From Tubiluchus corallicola (lineage: Eukaryota; Animalia; Priapulida): DNA of 36,557 nucleotides. This document shows positions 10,144 to 19,675 of the stretch, piece after piece. The notes below the pieces were generated by a model. It was not told where the DNA came from. It ran no database searches and saw only the letters and a list, made by a program, of their open reading frames with translations. The translations under genes were made by a program, and so were the position numbers. The stretch lies in assembly GCA_030141605.1 (NCBI GenBank), contig JAQGDQ010001523.1, forward strand, positions 1 to 36,557, written 5' to 3'. The stretch's first letter is position 1. Every line of letters begins with the position of its first letter.

Positions 10144-11029
10144 TAAGCCTTTTCATAGTTTTGTTGTGCACACGCACATTTGCTGTAGGTCAAAGGTTAA
10201 CTGTACCACAGCAGCGCTTCTTAACTACAACCTTCATGTGACAAATGAGTAGAGCAAAACCGTCTGGCTCATCAGTTCACTAACTTCAGTTGTTTGTTGT
10301 TGGCATCCTTCTGTCTCGGAAGACAATGGAGTGTGTGCCAAGAGAGTCAGTTATTGATCACATTGATGGAGCTGCAGCGTCGACTGTGGCTGAGCAGTCC
10401 GATCCTTGAACGTCTCCAAGGCGCACACCGCGCAAACAACAGGAACCCCCTCTCTTCCTGGTGTAGTCCAAAGGAAAGCGGAGCGATACGTTTGGCACCA
10501 GGTTAGCAGGACCTGCCGGAGTCAGTGAGCATGCTGCACTGGTCCGCCTTCGGGGCTCCACTCCTGATTTGGAAGGTTTACTCCTCTACACATGGCCGTT
10601 GGGTCACTTGACCTCCTCCGTCCTCTAGCCGTTGGCTGCTTGCGCAGCTCCTCCGCTTAGTGTTGAGATACAGTGTGGGCATCCCGCAAGCCTACAGCAC
10701 CTGGTACTAACCAAGCTCTACGTTGTTTAACTGCGGTGATCAGACGAGAACCTGTGTTTTCGATGTGATATGGCCGTAAACTCAGTTGTTTTAGGTGGAC
10801 GTTTACTTAATTATACATTAGTCTGTGCATAGAGTTATTTTCTAGCAGGGTCTTGTTTCAGAACAAGTAAAAATGAACTAGGTAAGGTTCTAGTTAGCTG
10901 TTAAAACGGTTACTATTACAACAGCATGGGCTGCGAGGTGTTGTTAAGTGTAGACAAATGTGTTGTGGTACACTTAACCTTTCGACTTTTTGTGATCATC
11001 GACAATCGCTAGAATTGTGAAAAGTTTTA
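10144..11029 (+). mobile_element. ~390-bp MITE family M, copy 1 (interrupted by a 5S-SINE)
   Basis: TIR TAAGCCTTTTCACAGTT and internal inverted GGTCAAAGGTTAAGTGTACCA. Four more copies occur in the window. Confidence 0.85.
10296..10781 (-). mobile_element. 5S rRNA-derived SINE (SINE3), copy 1, complete at both ends, with TSD
   Basis: Minus strand starts GTTTACGGCCATATCAC... (5S 5' end) and ends GACAGAAGGATGCCAACAAC. TSD TCAGTTGTTT at 10286-10295 and 10782-10791. Confidence 0.92.
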
Positions 11030-11517
11030 TTTACGACTGTTTCTTTTGTTCTGCGCGTGACAATGCCCCAAATGACAAAAATATATTAAAGTGGAAGACT
11101 TAAAATATATTGTCGATGAGTTTGATGAGTTATTATGCTAATTCCACTTAGATAGGCGATACTGCTCTGATAAAGATTGTCATCCCTGACAAGTGAAATA
11201 CAGTTTTTTAATTTTTGATAGATAAACATACGTACATAAAAATGTATGTTACGATGTTAGTACCAGCAGATGATAGCCAGCAAAGATGGATGGTGTTGTG
11301 GGTTTGTGTCTCAAATAATCCATCTGTGATAGCTACAGAAATGCTTATGTTTCAGATGTCAGTGATTTTAATCTTAAGTGATAGAGATTTACAAACATGT
11401 ACTACTAAAATAATAATGTTTGAAATATTGGTAAATTGGTAAAGCTTCCCATTTTTAAATCAGTTTTTTAGTTGTGTTTATTTAGTCCAATGTTGTGACA
11501 ATGAGTTCTACAACTGT

Positions 11518-11621
11518 ATCAAGTTTGCCTGTTTTGCGGGAGGTGCATCTGTACAGTAATCAAGTTTGCCTGTTTTGCAGGTGGTGCAACTGTACACTAA
11601 TCAAGTTTGCCTGTTTTGCAG
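11518..11621 (+). repeat. 41-bp tandem triplication of the exon F splice-acceptor region
   Basis: AAGTTTGCCTGTTTTGC at 11521, 11562 and 11603. Confidence 0.9.
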
Positions 11622-11764
11622 ATGGCCCATTCTGTGTATGTCAGCAGTCGAACAACAACACGTACTGGTGTGTGAGAACTATTAATGAAACACACAATTT
11701 CCTCTATTGTGAGTTTATCACTGGGTTCATCAGCTTTTACAATCTAACAGAAGATCCTTACCAG
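11622..11764 (+). CDS. Sulf1: Sulf exon F
   Basis: ttttgcAG|AT ... CAG|GTaggt, phase 1 to 0. [47 protein letters not shown] is the hallmark Sulf C-terminal motif. Confidence 0.98.
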
Positions 11765-11799
11765 GTAGGTGGTTTAAATTTTCAACTAGTTTAGCATGT

Positions 11800-12297
11800 G
11801 TTTGCATGTATTAACTAGTAAGAAATTAAGTCTTAAAACAAGACTTCGATTATTTAATGCTCACGTTACCAGCATATTTGTGTACAACAGTGAAACATGG
11901 GGTTTAATGATTGCTGAAGAAAAGCAAAATGATATGTTTCACAGAAGTCTTCTAAGGAAAGTTCTAAAGATAAGCTGGTCATACATAATCAAAAATGAAG
12001 ATTTATGCAATAGAACAAAAAAGAAATTTGTTGAAGTTCAAAATTCAAGTTCCAAAAACGGCTAGGACACCTTCTGAGATTACCAAGTGAAACACCAGTA
12101 AGAATCGCCTTAAAACCTTGCAAAAAACCACCTGGTAAACCTAAAACAACTTGGATGGCTAAGATAAATAAAGATGTTCAACAACTTCAACCCAATCTAG
12201 CTTTAGGAGTAGAAGAAGGAGATGGAAGAGTAATAAATGGTAATGCCTCAGTACCTATAACAGACAGAATGAGACCTTGAAGATGATTATGATGATG
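11800..12297 (+). mobile_element. 5'-truncated RTE-clade LINE (C-terminus of ORF plus GAT-repeat tail)
   Basis: LSLKTRLRLFNAHVTSIFVYNSETW...FHRSLLRKVLKISW...NEDL, then after a frameshift LGHLLRLPSETPVRIAL...PGKPKTTW. Ends GAAGATGATTATGATGATG. Confidence 0.85.
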
Positions 12298-12330
12298 GTT
12301 TTGTGCTGTGCAAGTGTATTGTGAACTCTA

Positions 12331-12550
12331 GTTAATTATGCATTAGTCTATGCGTAGAGTGATTTACTAGCAGGACCATGCTTGGGAACAAGAAAAAATG
12401 AACTAGATAAGTTTCAAGCCATTTGTTAAAACTTTTACTATTACAGTAGCTACGAGGCATTGTCAAGTGCATACAAATGCGTTGTCTGGTATACTTAACC
12501 TTTGACCTCTTCACAATCATCATCATTTACTGCAACTGTGAAAGGGCTTA
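12331..12550 (+). mobile_element. MITE family M, copy 2 (3' half)
   Basis: Aligns to 21650-21876 and ends in TIR AACTGTGAAAGGGCTTA. Confidence 0.8.
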
Positions 12551-12619
12551 TTGTAATTACAATTTTCATTGCAATCTCTAGTCATTTATCTATTGGTAAA
12601 TGTACTTATGTTTTTCCAG

Positions 12620-12746
12620 TTACACAATGCAGTGACGGATGTGTCGGATGGCTTGTTGCAGTCAATGCACGAAATGCTGAATAGGTTAAGGAAGTGTTCA
12701 GGAGCTGAACAGTGTACTGTAGATTCAGGCCCGAAGAAAAATAAAG
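12620..12746 (+). CDS. Sulf1: Sulf exon G
   Basis: tttttccAG|TTA ... AAAG|GTttgc, phase 0 to 1. LHNAVTDVSDGLLQSMHEMLNRLRKCSGAEQC resembles SULF [32 protein letters not shown]. Confidence 0.95.
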
Positions 12747-14809
12747 GTTTGCTTCGTTTGTTGTTCTAATAACTTAGTTTCTTGATTTTAAGAACTTTTA
12801 AATATTTTTACTTAACATGTTTATGGAGTCATTAAATTATCGTGACATTTTATGATGATTTCTCTAATTTCTATCGTCGTTGTTGCCGTCTTTGTCTTTA
12901 TCTTTCAGGCGTATGTGTGCTTGCAAACCAAAAATATCCATAAGTCGGCATAGTTAAAACTGTGCTATTACGCTTCAAAGTAGAATGCATCAAAAATTTG
13001 GTCAAATATCAGTTTTTGGTATTTTCAAATTCTGATAGTAGCTCGTAGATCATTTTGCTTCGTTTTTTTCTGTTGCCAGGCCCAGATCTTCGTCGGGAAG
13101 AGCCATCTCCTGGATTTAAACATAACTTCAATTATCTCTTGTTCTCTTGCAAACTCCGTAGCAACCAACCCATTCATGTGGTTGCTAAGTGTTTTGTAGA
13201 AACACAACAAAAAACAATAGTTAACTTTAACGGTGATTTTCTCAAGATTAAGTTTTCCAGTGCACAGAATCCACCCCAACTTCAACGTGGATTATCTCAG
13301 CTTAGAAACAACATGGAGCGATGAGCTTGGTGTCAAAATGATCCACGAGAAATGGAGATTCAGGACATGTGAATAATTAGAAAAGCTTAATTGCTGATTT
13401 ATGGACGATTTTGCTATGCAAACACACATTTTATGATAATTGGCTACGATTCGGAATTGTTAGTTTTGCGTTGCTGCTTTTTTCCATAGTAGTCTGCTGA
13501 CAGAGTGTGACATTATAAAGAAATCGATGATTGATGACTGATAGTTTTTTATTGTTATTACAGTTGATTGTATCGATGCTTCTGTGCCTGAAGTGATAAA
13601 TTTTGCATTTGAATCTAATCCCTTTTTTTGTATTTTTTCGTTTTTAGGGCAGAAAGAAAAATTCCAACCATTGTGGAAAGGGAGCAGCAAAAGGAAATCA
13701 AAATTTTTTGGGTAAGTTCCAACGAAGCTTGTCACGGGGCTCCAAATGCCTTATCCCGTTGTTGCGAGCCCCGTATACCCTAAGTCACTGAGTATGAATC
13801 ATCCGCCCACGCGTACACTGTTTTCGGTGGCATGTAGAACAGTCATGTAACTTTTCGATGCTTCCAGATATACATGTAATAGCGTAGAATATACTGGAAA
13901 GATCTACATACATAGAAATTTGGCTTTGTAGCGTACAATCATTGAGTTTACAAACGATTCTGTTATCGGCAACCCCAACTGAAGATCTTGCATATTGAAC
14001 ACTGGCTGAAATTAATGACGTAATTTCCTGCAACTCAAGCAGCAGAAATTATTTGTTTTTTCGTTTTTTCTAGTTTGGTACGTGACCTTTTCATTGAACT
14101 GGTTCACGTTCAAGTTACCGAATTGTTAACTCCCTAAGTTCGCAAAAAAGTGAACGTGTTCATTCCATAACTGTTAGATTGACAGCCGGTTTATTTCAAA
14201 CTAAGGAGTTCGTGTTCACATTGCATATGGGACCAAAATTAAAAATTCATTATTATTTTGGAGACCACATGACCATTTTTAAACATGTAAAAAAGGGCGG
14301 AAATTTAAGGAAAAATCTGATAAGTGCTGAACGTCCGAGGTCCCTAAATTACCCTTTCTTTAGTAACCAAAACCGAAAAAGTTTGAATAAAAATAAATAC
14401 GCATTTATGTGTAGACTAACTACTATATTTACTTGTGTTTAATAACTAACTGCCAAAAAAGAGAAACGATTAATTGTAATGCTAGCACTGTTACAAGTCT
14501 CAAACAGTTGCGATATACATCAAACACTTGTCAAAGCCGTATTCTTAGGTAGTTTTGACCTTGTAAACGTAACATGGCATGCTTGAACACGAATGTCTTA
14601 AACCTGTATTTCACCTATTTTTAGGAACAATAAATATCGAATGTTATAAAAGCCTTCTGTCAGATTAACTCATTGATAATGTGTAGATACCATGTTGTAC
14701 AGAACACTCACATTCCCCCCGTTTAGACAGCTTAGTTATAGATAATTATCTTGATTAGTTTATATAAGATGACTGCACTGTTTAAAATTGTTTGTTTGTA
14801 ATTAGTATC

Positions 14810-14848
14810 AACGATATTTTGGGAAACCACTGTTCTCCTCATCAGGTT
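14810..14848 (-). ncRNA. Degenerate minimal type I hammerhead ribozyme (Penelope-like)
   Basis: Minus strand: aac CTGATGA ggagaac agtg gtttccc AAAA TA TC gtt. Stems I and II pair, but GAAA has become AAAA. Confidence 0.55.
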
Positions 14849-15084
14849 ATATAAAATTAATCACGTAAAATTCCTGGATGTCAAATTTAAAAACATTAAA
14901 TGCAAATTAAATGAGTTACATGATAAGACAACACTAACTGCTAGATATGGCTGATTGAAGAAATTAAAGCAAATGCTACTTGTGCAGCTACATTTCTTTG
15001 GTGATTGGCGAAAAATTAATTGGCTAAAGTTTACACTTCCCCCATGTGAGAAATTAGTGTGTGAAATGGATTAAGAATAGGATT

Positions 15085-15617
15085 AAGATCAGGATTAGGG
15101 TTAGGAAAAGGGTTAGAGTTGGGTTGGGGTTAGTGTTAGGGTTAGGCCTAGGGTTAGGGTTGGGCTGGGGTTAGAGTTAGGGTTAGGATTAGGACTAGGT
15201 TGGGCTGGGGTTAGAGTTAGGGTTAGGGTTGTGTTGGGGTTAGAGTTAGGGTTAGGATTAGGACTAGGGTTGGGCTGGGGTTAGAGTTAGGGTTAGGGTT
15301 GTGTTGGGGTTAGGGTTAGGGTTGTGTTGGGGTTAGGGTTGTGTTGGAGTTAGGGTTAGGGTTGTGTTGGGGTTAGGGTTAGGGTTGTGTTAGGGTTAGG
15401 GCTAGGGGTTGGGTTGGGGTTAGAGTTAGGGTTAGGGTTGTGTTGGGGTTAGAGTTAGGGTTAGGGTTGTGTTAGGGGTTGGGTTGGGGTTAGAGTTAGG
15501 GTTAGGGCTAGGGTTGGGCTGGGGTTAGAGTTAGAGTTAGGGTTAGGGAGAGGGTTGTGTTAGGGTTAGAGTTAGTGTTAGGGTTGTGTTGGGGTTAGGG
15601 TTAGGGTTAAGGTTAGT
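15085..15617 (+). repeat. Interstitial degenerate telomere-like (TTAGGG)n tract
   Basis: TTAGGG mixed with TTGGGG, TTAGAG, TTGTG and CTGGGG variants. Confidence 0.93.
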
Positions 15618-16492
15618 GTATTTAAATTGTGTGGCAAATTGTAAGCTCCTTCCAATTAACTGTGACCAAATACTTGGCTTAAGAAAAATTAAATCACTTG
15701 TTCCACAAATCAGATTATAGTAATTTATTTTTCTCATGAACTGTAATTATATTTCCTCAGATTAGGAAATATTCTCACAAATTCTCACGGATTTCCAAAC
15801 AAATGTTATAACTGTATTTTATATATATGACTTTGGAGTCTCTGGTAACCTTTTGCCTGCTAGCATGGATAATTTTAATGGCTAAGAATCTTCTTGAAAC
15901 TTTTGCACAAAATTTAGTAACATGCCGTGTTTCAGATAGTATGCTTTCATCAGTTTCATTCAGCGATTCTTCTGCAATAGTGCTTCTACTGTGATGTCAT
16001 AGTATTAAACAAACGTCCCACACCACATCACCTACGCCATGTAACAAAGCAAGTGTAAAAACAAAGATGTTTTGCACGATATTGAAACAGTACTGTTCTG
16101 TTGAAACGCTAGTAACTCCATCCATTGATGATCAGTAATGTGCAGACATTCAACATAGTCTGTGCATTCTGTTCATGGAACAATGGTAATAATTCACGAG
16201 CATTCTACGTAGTTTTTCTTTAATGTTTTTGAAATGATGGTAAATAAGCTAATTGTTGACAGGTGCGCTGTTTAGGGTGTCATAGAATCCATATTCTCTT
16301 GAAAATTTAGTGTGTGAATTGTTTAACTGACAGTGAATAAATAGCAGAGTTTTTATCACATGAACGAGAACAAGAATGAATACAAGATTTTCGCCACATC
16401 GAAAAAGACAGCTTTATAGAGTTACTTCATTAGGGAATAACCCAAAAATTTACCTAACGCTTGTACTTATCATATTAATACTGTTTTTACAG

Positions 16493-16603
16493 CAGGGACA
16501 GGAGTCATCGGGATAAGCGTGTCGACCGAGAACAGCGGAAAAAAGAGCAAAGACGACTGAGACGACTACGAGGGAGACCTCTATAGCGAAAATAGCAAAC
16601 TAG
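16493..16603 (+). CDS. Candidate last coding exon of Sulf (frame uncertain)
   Basis: Branch-like CCTAAC, tttttacAG(cAG) acceptor and AG|GTaact donor. Reads RDRSHRDKRVDREQRKKEQRRLRRLRGRPL* (needs phase 2) or AGTGVIGISVSTENSGKKSKDD* (phase 1). Confidence 0.5.
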
Positions 16604-16761
16604 GTAACTGTGAAGTTGTGTGTGTGTTCTGCACTGCACTGCATTAAAGTTAAAGGTCGCTGCTTGATATGAATCTGCTTTGTGTCGCAATGATTTTGTT
16701 ATGCTTTTATGCCAATGTCACACATTTCATACAGAATGGCCCTGTAAGTGAAAAGTAAATG

Positions 16762-17378
16762 TAGGGCTGCACCGAATATTCGGAGTGCCAAATTTGCTTC
16801 CTAAGTATCAGTGTAAAGATCCGGCACGGTAAACTTCGGTTGACATCACTAAATGTTTGGTGAACCTTCGGTTGACATCACTAAATGTTTGGTGAACCTT
16901 CGGTTGACATCACTAAATGTTTGGTGAACCTTCGGTTGACATCACTAAATGTTTGGTGAACCTTCGGTTGACATCACGAAATGTTAGGTGAACCTTCGGT
17001 TGACATCACTAAATGTTTGGTGAACCTTCGGTTGACATCACAAAATGTTAGGTGAACCTTCGGTTGACATCACGAAATATTTGGTGAACCTTCGGTTGGC
17101 ATCACGAAATGTTTGGTGAACATTCGGTTGACATCACTAACTGTTTGGTGAACCTTTGGTTGGCATCACGAAATGTTTGGTAAACCTTCGGTTGACATCA
17201 TTAAATGTTTGGTGAACCTTCGGTTGACATCACGAAATGTTAGGTGAACCTTCGGTTGACATCACGAAATATTTGGTGAACCTTCGGTTGACATCACAAA
17301 CCGGTTGACATCACGAAATATTTGGTGAACCTTCGGTTGACATCAATCACTAAATGTTTGGTGAACCTTCGGTACACC
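16762..17378. repeat. 32-bp satellite (TGAACCTTCGGTTGACATCACTAAATGTTTGG, about 17 units) within a hAT-like MITE
   Basis: Array spans 16832-17372. Left end TAGGGCTGCACCGAA, right end TTCGGTACACC. Confidence 0.85.
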
Positions 17379-17383
17379 AAAGT

Positions 17384-17660
17384 TACTACACTACATCTCG
17401 GTTTGTTGGACCTCGCTTTTACGGATATCGGAAGAATCGGACAAAATCTGGAACGCTAAGAAGTCCAGCATGCTATGGACTCTATCTGTTGTTTTGCGAG
17501 CTGACGCTAGCGGGTTGTTTACATCACGTACATCAGTGTAACCACATGTATAAAAATTTAAAATCAATTATACGGAGTCATTTGAGTCAATTGCCGACAA
17601 TTTTTATACACTTTTGCATAGGAGCGGCCTGTACTAGACGTTTTTGAGACAATTACGCAA
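17384..17660 (+). mobile_element. Second copy of the 1044-1570 element, ending at the Penelope-like insert
   Basis: Shares ATCTCGGTTTGT.GGACCTC...CTATGGAC and TAGACGTTTTTGAGACAATTA. Confidence 0.65.
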
Positions 17661-17661
17661 T

Positions 17662-18070
17662 GTTAAAATCGTGCCAAACATTTTGACAGACTACTGCTGT
17701 CACCATCAATAGATAATGAATAAGTCAATACAGTAACAAATAGCTAAGTATTTTAATTCCTTTAATTTTATTTTCAAACACTTAGCCGTTTGTTTCTGTA
17801 TCAACTTATTTACTGGTCTGCTTAACATTACCTATTTGTTTTTTGTAAATGCACAATTAGTGCATAATTTACTGTATCAATTTCTTTTCTACTGTTCTGC
17901 TTATTCATTACCTGTTTGGCTTCTGTTAACTACATAATTAGTGCATAACAGGCTCTGCCTATATAAACTGATTGTAAGTTTGTAAATTTACCACTGATGA
18001 TGACAGCAGCAGTAGTCTGTCGAAACGTTTGGCACGATTTTAACTAATTAAAGTAAAAGATTTAATAAAG
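17662..18070 (+). mobile_element. Penelope-like element pseudo-LTR relic with inverted partial copy
   Basis: Inverted repeat 17662-17713 / 17990-18044, TATA-like CCTATATAAA (17958), hammerhead, and AATAAA (18064). Confidence 0.68.
17991..18032 (+). ncRNA. Minimal type I hammerhead ribozyme, intact core
   Basis: cca CTGATGA t gacag cagcagtagt ctgtc GAAA CG TT tgg. Stem I cca/tgg, stem II gacag/ctgtc, palindromic ACGT stem III. Confidence 0.8.
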
Positions 18071-18599
18071 TTATGTTGCTTTAACTATAAATATTCGTTA
18101 TTGTATTTTCATTATTGTATTTCTAGGTTGTTTCTGGTACATTAAGCTTAACATTCTCTACAAAATCACATCGATCCGTTTACAAGGAGCTTTCGAATAC
18201 AGCAGTTACCCGTGCCACGCCTATCCAGCCATGGGATACCCTGCAGATGGCGCTCATCAAAATGAACGAGCAGCATTTATCTCAGTGTTGTGTACAGAAA
18301 TTATACATAGATAGATATCGTTTATTTATTTATTTGTTTCTGTATAAAATAATGGCAGAAAATTGATTATTTGGATATAATTATTACCATTGATTTTAGT
18401 AATAATTGTTGTAATGAATAAGTCTTTATTACGTATATTATGTAAAGTTTTGGGAGTATAATATGTCTAGCTGTCGTGTGGTAATACCTGTAAGGGTATT
18501 AATCTTTTTGAACTACAAGATTGCATTTCATATTGTTATTCTAATCACGTCTATCAGTTTTTGTAATAATTGTTAGGTTACATATGAAGCTGCTATAAA

Positions 18600-19060
18600 A
18601 AGGACTGTTATAGTGTGGCCAGGTCGTTGCTGTGTCACTTTCTTCCTTTCTTGAGAAATCAAAGATGACCCAGGGAAGTGACGCACAGACAAGGGACATA
18701 CTACTCTGGTAATATTGATAAAGTACTACATTGTGTGCACAATTGTTGGACGTGTGCAGTAAAGTTGGCACCAAGTTTTTAAAAATCCACGGGTAATTCC
18801 AGATGTTTTATGTAAAAGCCTTTTGTTGATGAGAAACTTAAAGGCAAGGTTTCCCAGAAGGCATGTTTGGTTTTTCGAAGTTTTAGTTTAGCTTATGAAA
18901 AACTGATGCTGGAAGAAACAGTTGAGTATCAAGGTTTCGTTGTTTGACTGAACTCGTCCGATTGTCACTTTCAGTAAAAGAGCTGTTGTGCATTAAGATG
19001 GGAGAAATGGGTAGAGATGCTTGACATTTCGTTCATCCAGAAGTATCATGGTGTGAATGT
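18600..19060 (-). mobile_element. Possible highly decayed CR1-like LINE 3' end
   Basis: Frameshifted RNV..ASL and HAFWETLP motifs on the minus strand. Weak. Confidence 0.25.
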
Positions 19061-19068
19061 GGCACAGT

Positions 19069-19443
19069 TTTTAAAGTTTCGTTGTGCGCACGCACAGTTG
19101 TTGTAGGCTAAAGGTTAAGTGTACCACAGCAACCTCTTCTTAAGTACAACTGTCACGTGACACGTGGGTAAAGCAAAGCCATCTGCCGCTGCAGCTCAGT
19201 AACTTCAGTTATTTTGTGTTGACTTTACTTAATTATACATTAGTCTGTGTGTAGAGTGATTTACTAGCAGAATCTTGCTTGGGAAAGAGAAAAAATGAAC
19301 TAAGTAAGGTTTTAGCTAGCTGTTAAAACGGTTACTATTACAACAGCACAGGCTGCGAGACATTGTCAGGTGTTCACAAATGCGTTGTCTGGTACACTTA
19401 ACCTTTGACCTTTTCACGATCATCAATCGCTAGAAAAGGCTTA
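19069..19443 (+). mobile_element. MITE family M, copy 3
   Basis: Colinear with 21485-21876, with eroded TIRs. Confidence 0.82.
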
Positions 19444-19675
19444 TTGCAGCTAAAAATTGTACTAATTTTTTGTCTTTCAACTTTTGAAGGTTTCGTTTAT
19501 TTAGATTTTTATCGCAGGATGATTTAAATAAATTATTATACTATTTCTTGAGGTTTGCATCATGTGTGTCAAATACAATGCCGCTGTATGCACTTATATA
19601 CTTTACCGTTCTTTTAGATGACTATTCTCTTGCTTAAGCATTCTCATGTCTCTTGTGAAATTTGAGTAGTGTTAT

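Noticed and set aside
13055-13324. 89-aa ORF as an independent gene
   Set aside because: No recognisable domain, and the downstream part looks like DNA-transposon subterminal sequence. Kept only as a possible acceptor.
15085-15617. True chromosome end or fusion site
   Set aside because: It is internal, degenerate and in a single orientation, with no head-to-head CCCTAA junction.
15925-15960. CTGATGA...GAAAC on the minus strand
   Set aside because: Stem II is weak and there is no stem I or UH cleavage site.
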